Shown in pieces: positions 11,889 through 24,066 of a stretch of 64,000 nucleotides of DNA. Position 1 is the first letter of the stretch, and each line of letters starts with the position of its first letter. Source of the stretch: Squalus acanthias. Taxonomy: Eukaryota. The position numbers were made by a program, and so were the translations under genes. The notes under the pieces were generated by a model. That model was given only the letters and a program-made list of their open reading frames with translations. It did no database searches and was not told the DNA's origin. The stretch is from positions 116,252,001 to 116,316,000 of the forward strand of contig CM059432.1 of the NCBI GenBank assembly GCA_030390025.1. Direction: 5' to 3'.

Positions 11889-12705
11889 AGAACATAAGAA
11901 ATAGGAGCAGGAGTAGGCCATTTGGCCCCTTGAGCTTGCTCCGCCATTCAATAAGATCATGTCTGATCTGATCTTGGCCTCAACTCCACTTTCTCGCCCA
12001 CTCCCCATAACCCTTGACTCCCCTGTAGCTCAAATATCTGTCAATCTCCGCCTTGAATATATTCAATGACTCCGCCTCCACTGCTCTCTGGGGTAGAGAA
12101 TTCCAAAGATTCACGACCCTCTGAGAGAAGAAATTCCTCCTCATCTCCGTTTTAAATGGGCGACCCCTTATTCTGAAACTAAGCCCCCTAGTTCTAGATT
12201 TCCCCACGAGGGGAAACATCCTCCCTGCATCTACCCTGTCAAGACCCCTCAGAATCTTATACGTTTCAATAAAATCACCTCTCATTCTTCTAAACTCCAA
12301 TGAGTATAGGCCCAACCTGCTCAACCTTTCCTCATAAGACAACCCCTTCATCCCAGGAATCAACCTAGTGAAAGTTCTCTGAACTGCCTCCAATGCAAGT
12401 ATATCCCTCCTTAAATAAGGAGACCAAAACTTTACGCAGTACTCCAGATGTGGCCTCACCAGCGCCCTGTACAGTTGTAGCAAGACTTCTCTACTTTTAT
12501 ACTCCATCCCCCTTGCAATAAGGGTCAACATTCCATTTGCCTTCCTAATTACTTGCTATAACTGCATGCTAACTTTTTGTGTGTCATGTACGAGGACCCC
12601 CAGATCCCTCTTTACCGCAGCATTCTGTAGTCTCTCTCCATTTAAATAATAATTTGCTTTTTATTCTTCCTACCAAAGTGGATAACCTCACATTTTCCCA
12701 CATAC
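11889..12705 (-). mobile_element. 5'-truncated CR1 (ORF2 C-terminus)
   Basis: ORF 11980-12531 contains LVRPHLEYCVKFWSP...WNSLP; 3' tail taagaacataagaa. Confidence 0.92.
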
Positions 12706-13481
12706 TTCTACATAAAAGAATACCTTTTGTAATTGAGAATGAAAGTTAGAGGACTAACCTGAAGGCACATTAGCATGACTTTGTACTTTAAACTCTGCCA
12801 AGTGCAAAATATAATCTTGGAAAATAAATTTTAATATAAGAGTTGGGTTAAACCTAGCTTAATAGTGTGATATTGTATGAATTGAATCCTGCCAACTTAT
12901 ATTAAGAATCTGATACTAACTGCGGTCGGTTGGCTCTTGATGGCTCCAGGGTAATTTTAATTGCACACCCACCAGTCTCTCCATTTTTAATCAGATGATG
13001 TGATTACTGTCAGAATGCAGACCATTTCAGCAAGCTCAGGGACTGTGGCAGATTTGTACCAGAATCATACAACAGACTTGAAATGGTTTGAATTATTCTG
13101 GCTAAGGCTCAAAGTAGCCCTTACTGAATGTCTGGACTGTAAATGAGCTCTGATACTGTTATTGGCTGTACATAAATCTGCAAAGGGCCCCTTTACACAG
13201 TGCATGAATTGCAGCTCCTTCCTGTAACAACTAATGCCAAGGGCATTATAAAATCTAAGGATTTTTACCAATGTTGTGCATTGTACTATACTAAAGAGTT
13301 ACTGCATGCACAAGCTCACTATGTTGGAGCATCAGTTCCGAGTGTAAGATGAAAATTCTAGCTTTATTTAAATTTGGCAACAGTAACTTACTCGAACATA
13401 TGAAAATGAAGGACAGGAAAAGACTAGCTGATCCATCAAGCCTGTCCCATACTATCATAGTGCAACTTATGCAAAACTATG

Positions 13482-14160
13482 GGGCTGGATTTTGATACTG
13501 GGGCGGGTTGGGGTCGTGTCATCCACTTTTCGTGTTATCCACCCGACTACAATTGGATGTGGGAGATTAATGTGATTTTCACCTAATTGGGCAATTGAGT
13601 TCCAGCATGTGGCAACCCATGACCCAATTAGTGTTTTCAGTCTGAAAGTCGCCTCTGATGATGTCATCATTGCTGCTGCATTGAAGGTCTGCAAAGACTG
13701 CCTGGCCTTTGCTGTGAGAGGACCTGGATGCAAAATCAGCAGCAGCAGCCCTAAGTCTGCTCCCAGATATTTTTGCACCACCACTCCCAGATATGTCTCC
13801 TCCTCATCCATCCATCCATCCAGCCGACCATCCGGCCAGCCATAGTCAGCTATCCAAATGTGCTCCCGCCAGGTTTCACATTCGTGGTTCAGAACAGGCG
13901 TGCTTCACGTAGAAAAAGGGTTAAAATCACAAAGGCCTTTCAAAATGGCATTATAGAGGCAATTTAGTGCTTGTTAAGGGCCTTAACAGCCTATCCCGCC
14001 TCTTAGAGGCGGGACGGAGTCGGGACCAGCAGAAACGATTTAATGAAAATTGCGTGGAGGCGGGATGGAGGCAGGCTTGTGCCCGCCCGCCAGTTTTTCG
14101 CAATTTTAACCCCCCACACGCCTCCAAACCCACCTCCACGGGTCAATGAAAATCCAGCCC
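13482..14160. mobile_element. Harbinger-type MITE
   Basis: TIR gggctggatttt / aaaatccagccc; right arm very similar to 45480-45544. Confidence 0.8.
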
Positions 14161-14309
14161 TCAATGTCCATCGGCAACCTCACCCACCAACCAGCCACTC
14201 ATTCTCCTGGGAGATGCAAATAATCAGAGGGGAATAAACGCTAGGCCAATGTTAAAAAAAATTGTGAAAAAAGCTCTGGGAAATTTCTCTCCAATCTTCG
14301 AAGGTGATC

Positions 14310-15000
14310 AAACAAGTTCCAGGAGACCATAGTGACTGGAAGACGCATCCCCAGCACTCCACCTATCAATAGTGATGTCGGCCACAGTTAGGAACTTTTC
14401 CAGCTCCCTTTTATATGTTGGCAGTGAATCTGCAGTCAATGCACAAGCCAGCAAATTTGTTCCATAGGTCGATGACTCGCCGTGAAAAAAAATACCTCCT
14501 GACATCTAACCTTGTTCTATGCTTATGTAACTTATACTTATGTCCCCTGGCCCGCCATAACCTATCAAACTCAAATAGACTATCCACATGGTCCAAATCT
14601 AATCCTTTCATTATTTTAAATATCTCAATCAAATATCCTCAAAGTTTACATTTTTCCAGAGTCTAAGCCTGGTAACTAAGCGCCTTTAAACTAGGTATCA
14701 ATGTAGCGGTCTTCCTCTGAACCTTTTTCAGGACCTCTCTATCACCCACCATATAAGTGGACCAAAACTAGACACAGTATTCTAAATAAGGCCGAGGCAA
14801 GGTCTTTTACAAGGACAGTATAATTTTTTTTTTTGCATTTAATCATCCTGGCAATACATCTTAGCCTCTATTTGTTTTTGCAATAGCCTTGCAGCACTGG
14901 TTGTGAACCTTCAGAGGTTCCTGTACTATAACAAGTAAGTCTTTCTTCCACTCAACAGCCTTAAGCTCGCAACCCTGCATGGTGAACACATGCTTGGCAT
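14310..15000 (-). mobile_element. Old, diverged CR1 3' fragment
   Basis: IEIFKIMKGLD...RGHKYKL...FFSRRVIDLWN. Confidence 0.8.
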
Positions 15001-15130
15001 CATCCTTAACCATGACTCGGTAACCCTACCAGATAGAACATGGACATAGAAGGGCACATGGTAAAACAAAATCATTATGGTTGACAAGGTGCGTACAAAG
15101 GCAAATTCGATTGAAACAGAAGGTATTCTA

Positions 15131-16720
15131 CGGGATTGAAGGCCGATAAATCCCCAGGGCCTGATAATCTACATCCTAGGGTACTTAAGGAAGTGGCCCT
15201 AGAAATAGTAGATGCATTGCTGATCATCTTCCAACATTCGATGGAATCTGGAACAATACCCATGGATTGGAGGGTAGCTAATGTTACCCCACTATTCAAA
15301 AAAGGTGCTAGAGAGAAAACGGGGAATTACAGACCGACATCGGTAGTGGGGAAAATGCTAGTGTCCATTATAAAAGATGTAATAGCAGAGCACTTGGAAA
15401 ACAGTGACAGGATCGGACAAAGTCAACATGGATTTACAAAAGGTAAATCGTGCTTGACTAATCTACTGGAATTTTTTGAGGATGTAACTGGTAAAATAGA
15501 TAAGGGAGAACCAGTGGATGTGGTGTATTTGGACTTTCAAAAGGCTTTCGATAAGGTCCCGCATAGGAGATTAGCGTGTAAAGTTAAGGCACATGGGATT
15601 GGGGGCAAGGTATTGACTTGGATAAGAACTGGTTGGCAGACAGAAAGCAAAGAGTTGGAATGAATGGGTCTTTTTCCGAATGGCAGGCAGTGACTAGTGG
15701 GGTACCGCAGGGATCGGTCCTTGGACCCCAGCTATTCACAATATATATTAATGATCTAGACAAGGGAACTAGATGTAATATCTCCAAGTTTGCAGACGAC
15801 ACAAAGCTGGGTGGGCGTGTGTCTGTGAGGAGGATGCCGAGAAACTCCAGGATGATTTGGACAAGTTGGGTGATTGGGCAGAAGCATGGCAGATGCAATA
15901 TAATGTGGATAAATGCGAGGTTATCCACTTTGGTGTCAAAAACAGGAAGGCAGATTATTATCTGAATGGCAATAGATTGGGAGAAGGGGAAGTGCAACGA
16001 GACCTGGGTGTCCTTGTGCACCAGTCGCTGAAGGTAAGCATGCAGATGCAGCAGGCGGTGAAGAAGGCAAATGGTATGTTGGCCTTCGTAGCGAGAGGGT
16101 TTGAGTACAGGAACAAGGATGTCTTGCTGCAGTTGTACAGGGCCTTGGTGAGACCACATCTTGAGTATTGTGTGCAGTTTTGGTCGCCTTATCTGAGGAA
16201 GGAGGTTCTTGCCATGGAAGGAGTTCAGTGAAGATTCGCCAGGCTGATACCTGGGATGGCAGGAATGACATATGAGGAGAGATTGGGTCGATTGGGCTTA
16301 TACTCGCTGGAGTTTAGAAGAATGAGAGGGGATCTCATTGAAACTTATAAAATTCTGACAGGACTGGACAGACTAGATGCAGGAAGGATGTTCCCGATGG
16401 TCGGGGAGTCCAGAACCAGGGGTCACAGTCTAAGGATAAGGGGTAAGCCATTTAGGACCGAAATGAGGAGGAATTTCTTCACCCAGAGAGTGGTGAACCT
16501 GTGGAATTCTCTACCACAGAAGGCAGTAGAGGCCAATTCATTAAATATATTCAAGAAGGAGTTGGATATATTTCTTAAGGCTAACGGGATCAAGGGATAT
16601 GGGGAGAAAGCAGGGACAGGGTTCTGAATTTGGATGATCAGCCATGATCGCATTGAATGGCGGCGCAGGCTTGAGGGGCCGAATGGCCTACTCCTGCTCC
16701 TATATTCTATGTTTCTATGT
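15131..16720 (+). mobile_element. 5'-truncated CR1 (RT region), same subfamily as 30621-33930
   Basis: [27 protein letters not shown], with frameshifts and one stop; 3' tail ttctatgtttctatg. Confidence 0.95.
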
Positions 16721-18139
16721 TACACACTTAAGGCATTTAACTCACATGAGAACAGGGTAAAATATCACATGCAATTAAGGAAGACAAAAATATCTACAAG
16801 ATTAATGTGTGTGTATGTCCACAGATCCTTGAAGGTAGCAGGATAGGTAGATAAGGTGGTTAAGAAGGCATATGGGATACTTGCCTTTATTAGCCAAGGC
16901 ACAGAATATAAGAGCAGGGAGGTTATGCTTGAACTGTATAAAACACTAGTTAGGCCACAGCTAGAGTACTGCGTGCAGTTTTGGTCACCACATTACAGGA
17001 AGGATGTGATTGCACTAGAGAGGGTACAGGGGGGATTTAAGGATGTTGCCAGGACTGGAGAATTTTAGCTATGAGGAAAGATTGGATAGGCTGGGTTTGT
17101 TTTCTTTGGAACAGAGGAGGCTGAGGAGAGACGTGATTGAGGTGTATAAAGTTATGAGGGGCCTAGATAGAGTGGATAGGAAGCACCTTTAGGAGTGTGA
17201 GGCTGATTCATGGGCAGAGAGTGGGTGAGAGAAGGGAGAGGAGGAAAGGGGGGAAAAAAGGGAGCAGGGAAAGGAAAAAAAAACACAACTGAAGTATTGC
17301 GTCCAGTTCTGGTCACCACACTTCAGGAAGGATGTGAAGGCCCTTGAGTGGGTGCAGAGGAGATTTACCAGAATGGTTCCGGGTATGTGGAATCTTAGCT
17401 ACAAGGAAAGGTTGGAGAAGCTGGATTTGTTTTCATTAGAGCAAAGGAGGTTGAGGGGTGATTTGATAGAGCTGTACAAGATTATGACGGGTTTAGATAG
17501 GCTAGACGGGGAAAGGCTATTCCCACTAGTTGATGGTACAAGGACTAGGGGACACAGATTTAAGGTTTTGGGCAAGAGATACAGGGGGGACGTGAGGAAA
17601 AACTTTTTTACACAGTGAGTGGTGAGGACCTGGAACTCGCTGCTCACGGAAGTGGTGGAAACGGAGACACTCAATGGCCCATATTTTCTGATGCCTACGT
17701 ACGAGCTGTGTACACACCCATAGGAACATCGGAAATGCCGGTTTCAGGCATGCAAAGTGCATGCGCTGAAAACTGGCATTTTCGATCTGTCAAGAATCCT
17801 CCTGCCCTGGAGAAGGGCCTCTGCGGGTGGAGAGTTCCGCTTTCTGCAGAACCTCAGCCGCTGAAATGCTTTACCAGCATAAGAGTTTTAAAAAGTTTTA
17901 AAAAATGTTTTTCAACTCATTTATAATTTTAAAATACTTTTAAAAAAAGGTAAGTTTATTTTTAGCTCCGTAAAAAACTTGAATTATTTTTTTCAAAAAA
18001 TTAAATTTTTGTTTAAAATATTTGATTTCATGTAATTTTAACTCATTTTAAAAACGTGATTTAAAAACAAATGTATTTAATGTTTTAGTGTCTTTTTTCA
18101 GTGATCCCCATTCATACTTTTTACATGTCTATCTGTCAA

Positions 18140-20567
18140 AAGTAGCAGACAGAGGGACTCGCAGTGCAGCAACCGAAGAAAAAAGAGTCAAATTGGACCC
18201 CTCCGGAGGGTCGCTGCCCCAAGCTTGACATGTATGCTCAAGCTGTCAAGAGATGCATCAACGCCAGATTCATCAGCCGCACTCACAAGACAGTCCAGAA
18301 TGTCACCCGAGCACAACGCAACGCCATCCACGCTCTCAAGACCAACCGCAACATCATCAAACCAGCGGACAAAGGAGGAGCCATCGTCATACAGTACAGA
18401 ATGGACTATTGCAAATAAGCATACCGACAACTGGACAACCTGGAACACTACAGACAGTTACCCGCAGATCCGACCAAAGAACACACCCGCCAACTCAATA
18501 GACTGATCAAGACCTTCGATCCAGACCTTCAAAGCATCCTACGCGCTCTCATCCCACGTACTCCCCGCGTGGGAGACTTCTACTGCCTCCCAAAGATACA
18601 CAAAGCCAACACACCCGGACGTCCTATCGTATCAGGCAACGGAACCCTGTGTGAGAACCTCTCTGGATACGTCGAGGGCATCCTGAAACCCATCGTACAG
18701 GGAACCCCCAGCTTCTGCCGTGACACCACAGACTTCTTACAGAAACTCAGCACCCACGGACCAGTAGAACCAGGAACACTCCTCGCCACGATGGACGTAT
18801 CGGCACTCTACACCAGTATCCCCCACGATGACGGCATCGCTGCGACAGCCTCAGTACTCAACACCAACAACAGCCAATCTCCAGACGCCATCCTACAACT
18901 CATCCGCTTCATCCTTGACCACAATGTCTTCACCTTCGACAACCATTTTTTTACCCAAACACACGGAACAGCCATGGGGACCAAATTCGCACCTCAAAAC
19001 GCCAACATCTTCATGCACAAGTTCGAGCAAGACTTCTTCGCTGCACAGGACCTCCAGCCAACGCTGTACACCAGATACATCGACGACATTTTCTTCCTTT
19101 GGACCCATGGCGAAGGATCACTGAAAAGACTACACGATAACATAAACAAGTTCCATCCCACCATCAAACTCACCATGGACTACTCCTCAGAATCGGTTTC
19201 ATTCCTGGACACACGAATCTCCATCAAAGACGGACACCTCAGCACTTCACTCTACCGCAAGCCCACGGACAACCTCACGATGCTCCACTTCTCCAGCTTC
19301 CACCCTAACCATGTTAAAGAAGCCATCCCCTATGGACAAGCCCTGCGAATACACAGGATCTGCTCAGACGAGGAGGAACGCGATGGACACCTACGGACGC
19401 TGAAAAACGCCCTCGTAAGAACGGGATATGACGCTCGACTCATCGATCGACAGTTCCGACGGGCCACTGCAAAAAATCGCATAGACCGCCTCAGAAGGCA
19501 AACACGGGACACAACCAACAGGGTACCCTACGTCGTCCAGTACTTCCCCGAGCGGAGAAACTACGCCATGTTCTTCGCAGCCTCCAACATGTCATTGATG
19601 ACGACGAACACCTCGCTAAGGCCATCCCCACGCCTCCACTACTTGCCTTCAAACAGCCGCCTAACCTCAGAAGTACCATCGTTCGCAGCAAATTACCCAG
19701 CTTTCAGGATAACAGCGACCACGACACCACACAACCCTGCCACGGCAACCTCTGCAAGACATGCCAGATCATCAACACAGATACCATCATCACACGTGAG
19801 GACACTACCCACCAGGTACATGGTACATACTCATGTGACTCGGCCAACGTTGTCTACCTCATACGTTGCAGGAAAGAATGCACCGCGGCATGGTACATCG
19901 GCGAGACCATGCAGACACTGAGACAACGTATGAACGGACACCGCGCAACAATCACCAGGCAGGAGTGTTCCCTCCCAGTCGGGGAACACTTCAGCAGTCA
20001 AGGACATTCAGCCTCGGATCTGCGGGTAAGCGTTCTCCAAGGCGGCCTTAGAAACACACGACAACGCAAAATCGAGCAGAAACTGATAACCAAGTACCGC
20101 ACTCATGAGGACGGCCTCAACCGGGATCTTGGGTTTATGTCACGATACATGACGTGATCCAGACTCGAGTCGTCGTTGGCTTGTTCACAGATGTGATTCC
20201 CAGTAAAAAAGTAAAAATTTTAAAGTTTATCGTTTCCCATACCGACTGCGGCTTTTGACACATTGGACCCCCTGTGATTCCACCTCATTGTCTCAGTTGT
20301 ATCTTGCTATGTCTTTGATGTGGTACCTTCCTGGCTGACCTGATTGCCTTTTGTCACACCTCGGCAGATAAACAGTCAGGATGATTTAAATGTAGTCGTC
20401 TGCCATTGTAAGTTACACATTCATTGTTCTCTATCTATATATGCTTTGTCGAGTCTGTATTTCTTTACTTCACCTGAGGAAAGGGCCACATAAGCTCCGA
20501 AAGCTTGTGATTTCAAATAAAACTGTTGGACTATAACCTGGTGTTGTACGACTTCTCATTTTTGTCA
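18140..20567 (+). mobile_element. Penelope-like retroelement (RT + GIY-YIG endonuclease, 3' pseudo-LTR), 5'-truncated
   Basis: IKPADKGG, LPKIHK..PGRPI, MDVSALYTSI, GTAMG, RYIDD, CHGNLCKTC, NVVYLIRC..WYIGET. Stop at 18416 and frameshift near 19550. Confidence 0.95.
20470..20510 (+). ncRNA. Minimal type I hammerhead ribozyme in Penelope pLTR
   Basis: UCAC-CUGAGGA-AAGGGC..GCUCC-GAAA-GC-UU-GUGA: stem I UCAC/GUGA, core CUGANGA and GAAA, palindromic AAGCUU at stem III. Confidence 0.7.
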
Positions 20568-21667
20568 AAAGTATGAAAGGGGTTTCCCTTCTTTCATTGG
20601 CTCGCCTGGCCCACGTGATCCCAGGGACGCTTGCGAACTGCATGCGCCCCTGGGATACCTGGGCCCTGTGCATTTCGACTGTGGAGAGGCCCAGGAGTGG
20701 AAGTGCCTGGTCCGCGGGAGCCCTCAGGTAAGTTCGTAGATTTTTTCCCGATAGGAGGCATCCGCACGCAGGAAGCCTCCTATCGGAAATTACGGGCCAA
20801 TGTTTTCAAGGGGAGACTGGATAGGCACTTGAGGGAAATAAACTTGCAGGGCTACGGAGATAGAGCAGGGGAATGGGACTGACTGGATTGCTCCACAGAG
20901 AGCCGGCATGGACTCGATGGGCCGAATGGCCTCCTTCTGTGCAATTATGAATCTATGACTCTATGACCTATTTCCCTTAGCAGAGAGGTCAATAACCAGG
21001 GGGCATAGATTAAAGTAATTGGTAGAAGGATTAGAGGGGAGTTGAGGAGAACTTTTTTCACCCAGAGGGTGGTGGGGGTCTGGAACTCACTGCCTGAAAG
21101 GGTGAAAGAGGCAGAAACCCTCATCATATTTAAAAAGTACTTGGATATGCACTTGAAGTGCCGTAACTTACAAGGCTACGGACCAAGTGCTGGAAAGTGG
21201 GATTAGGCTGGATAGCTCTTTCTCGGCCGGCACAGACACGATGGGCTAAATGGCCTCCTTCTGTGCCGTAAATTTCTATGATTCTACTGACAAGAGATCC
21301 CTCAAAAGAACATGGTGTCTAATTGTGGCAGTAATAGCAAAGCTAATCAGAAGTCAAAAGACCATAAGCGATTGTATAGGGCCACTAAAGGATATTATAG
21401 GACATATTCAAACGGATTCTCAGGTTATGGCAGAGCTACTGAATGATTATTTCGCATCTACTCCTGTAGATGATGCTTATGTTCCAGATGAGGGGTGCTC
21501 AGTATTGTATAACAGTATTAATATCAAAATAGACAGTAATGTCATTTTGGATAGATTAGGAAAGCTCAAAATTGATAAAGCTGCAGGCCCGGATAATGTC
21601 CATCCGAGGGTGTTTTAAGAGATGGGACAGGTGCTCTGTGAGCCCCTTGCCCGTATCTTCATTAAAA

Positions 21668-22119
21668 AGTAAGAAAGACTTGTATTTATACGCCTTTCAC
21701 AGCCTCAGTACATCCCCAAATGCTTTACAACCAATGAAGTACTTTTTGAAGTGTAGTTACTGTAATAATGTAAGAAATGCGGCAGCCAATTTGTGCTCAG
21801 CAAGCTCCCACAAACAGCAATGTGATAATCTGTTTTAGTGATGTTGATTGAGGGATAAATATAGGCCAGGATACCGGGGATAACTCCCCTGCTCGCCTTC
21901 AAAATAGTGCCATGGGATCTTTTACGTCCATCTGAGAGAGCAGACGGGGCCTCGGTTTAATGTCTCATCCAAAAGACAGTGCCTCCAACAGTGCAGCACT
22001 CCCTCAGCACTGCAATGGAGTAGCAGCCTAAATTTTGTGCTCAAGTCTCTGGAGTGGGTTTGTGAACCCACAACCTTCTGACTCAGAGGCAAGAGTGCTG
22101 CCAACTGAGCCACGGCTGA
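21668..22119 (-). mobile_element. Deu-type SINE copy
   Basis: Full-length member of the 9934 family. Confidence 0.82.
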
Positions 22120-22678
22120 CACACAATGTAGTGTTGTGCATGTTGATCAGACCAACACTGAATACATATACCATTCTGAAAGAACAATACTGAAAGAGAC
22201 CGAGAGAGAAAAAGATCTTGGTGTTATTGTACACAGATCACTGAAGGTTCAGGACCAATGTAGAGAAACTGTAGCCAAAGCTAACAGGGTATTGGGTTGT
22301 TTAATAGAATCATTCAGTACAAATCAATGGACACCATTTTGAAACTGTACAGGTCACTGGTCAGACTGTATCCGGAGTGCTGTGCCCAGTTTTGGTCCCC
22401 CCCACATGGTGGGTGATATAGTGGCCTTGGAAAAGATCTAGAAGAGAGCTACAACAATGATTCCTAGCTTAAAGAACCTCAGCTACTCAGATAGGCTCAA
22501 GGAGCTCAGTCTATTTAATTTAGAGCAGCGTAGACTTAGAGACGACCTGATAGAGGTCTATAAAATAATGAAAGGGCTGGAGAGCGTGCCTATTGATAAA
22601 TTATTCCAGTTTAACAGATTGGGGAGGACCAGGGGACATGAGTTTAAACTATTTAAGATTAGGAATAGACGGATGTTA

Positions 22679-22792
22679 AAGAAAGAACGACTTGCATTTA
22701 TATAGCGCCTTTCACGGCTTCCGGACGTCCCAAAGCGCTTTACAGCCAATGAAGTACTTTTTGAAATGTAGTCACTGTTGTAATGTAGGAAA
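22679..22792 (-). mobile_element. Deu-type SINE, 3' fragment
   Basis: aaagaaagaacgacttgcatttatatagcgcc...gtaatgtaggaaa. Confidence 0.78.
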
Positions 22793-22844
22793 TTAGGCAG
22801 TTCTTCTTTCCCCAGAGAATTGTGAGTCTCTGGAATACATTCGC

Positions 22845-22965
22845 CACACGGACTGCAGCGGTTCAAGAAGGCGGCTCACCACCACCTTCTCAAGGGCAAT
22901 TAGGGATGGGCAATAAATACTGGCCTTGTCAGCGATGCCCACATCCCATAAAAAACGAATAAAAA
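22845..22965 (+). mobile_element. 3' tail of a second CR1-group LINE family (family B)
   Basis: Reverse complement of the 28365-28480 and 36835-36940 ends. Confidence 0.75.
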
Positions 22966-23127
22966 AAGATACATTGCCAGCTGGTGTGGTGGGTGCTGAC
23001 TCTCTGCATACCTTCAAGAGGCATGTATGTATGTTCGTATTACATTTATCTATATTAAATGATATCTACTGGACAGAGGCCCATCCCCCCATTGCATCAG
23101 GATCTGACTGCAATCTATTTTTAAGAT

Positions 23128-23250
23128 CATAAGAATTTGGAGCAGGGGTAGGCCATACGGCCCCTCGAGCCTGCTCCGCCATTCAATAAGATCATGGCTG
23201 ATCTACGATCTCAACTCCACTTTCCCGCCTGATCCCCATATCCCTCATTG
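23128..23250 (-). mobile_element. CR1 3' tail fragment
   Basis: cataagaa..ggagcagg.gtaggcca..cggcccctcgagcctgctccgcc. Confidence 0.8.
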
Positions 23251-23374
23251 AAGGTCCTATCACCCACACAAATCTTTATCTCATCCACAAACTTCCGGCG
23301 CTTTCATCCAGATCATTGACAAAGATAGCGAAGAGCAATGGCCCTACCACCAATCCCTGCAGTTTTCCACTAGT

Positions 23375-24066
23375 AACCCCGTATCCTCTCCATCACCAAG
23401 ATCGCCTACTTCCACCTCCGTAACATCACCCATCTCCGCAACTGCCTCAGCCCATCTGCTGCTGAAACCCTCATCCATGCCTTTGTTACCTCTAGACTCA
23501 ACTATTCTAATACTCTGCTGGCCGACATCCCACCTTGCACCATCTGTAAACTTGAGCTCATCTGAAACTCCATATCCTAACTCGCACCAAGTCCTGTTCA
23601 CCCATCACCTCTGTGCTCGTTGACTTACATTGGCTCTCGGTCCGGCAATGCCTCGATTTTAAAATTCTCATCCTTGTTTTCAAATCCTTCCATGGCCTCT
23701 CCCCTCCCTATCTCTGTAATCTCCTCCAGCCCGACAACCCCCTGAGATATCTGCGCTCCTCTAATTCTGGCCTCTTGCGCATCCCTGATTTTCACTGCTC
23801 CACCATTGACAATTGTACCTTCAGCTGTCTGGGTTCTAAGCTCCAGAATTCCATCCCTAAACCTCGCCGCCTCTCTGCCTCTCTCTCCTCCTTTAAGGCG
23901 CTCCTTAAAACCTACCTCTTTGACCAAGCTTTTGGTCATCTGTCCTAATCTCTCCTTATGTGGCTCAGTGTCAAATTCTGTTTGATAATGCTCCTGTGAA
24001 GCGCTTTGGGACACTTTACTACATTAAAGGTGCTATATAAATGCAAGTTGTTGCTGTTGTTGTTGT
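23375..24066 (+). mobile_element. L2 LINE 3' fragment
   Basis: LIHAFVTSRLNYSN, LHWL.V...DFKILILVFK, SSFKALLKTYLF; tail gctatataaatgcaag(ttg)n. Confidence 0.88.

Larger units (their letters stand above)
17676..20797. mobile_element. Harbinger-type MITE hosting a Penelope insertion
   Basis: TIR ggcccatattttc / ggcccgtaatttc with AAT TSD. Confidence 0.75.
17284..20965 (+). mobile_element. Second CR1 3' fragment split (17284-17675 and 20798-20965) by a MITE
   Basis: VQRRFTRMVPG...KNFFTQ; breaks at gacactcaat and resumes at aatgttttcaag; ctatga tail. Confidence 0.8.
16810..21285 (+). mobile_element. CR1 3' fragment split in two (16810-17188 and 20966-21285) by a nested insertion
   Basis: ORF2 C-terminus breaks at ggataggaagcacct and resumes at acctatttcccttagc; acct is duplicated. 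Confidence 0.8.
21370..23025 (+). mobile_element. Old fragmented CR1 interrupted by two SINEs and another LINE tail
   Basis: KAAGPDNVHPRV, EKDLGVIV, RRLRDDLIEVYKIMKG in colinear pieces. Confidence 0.75.
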
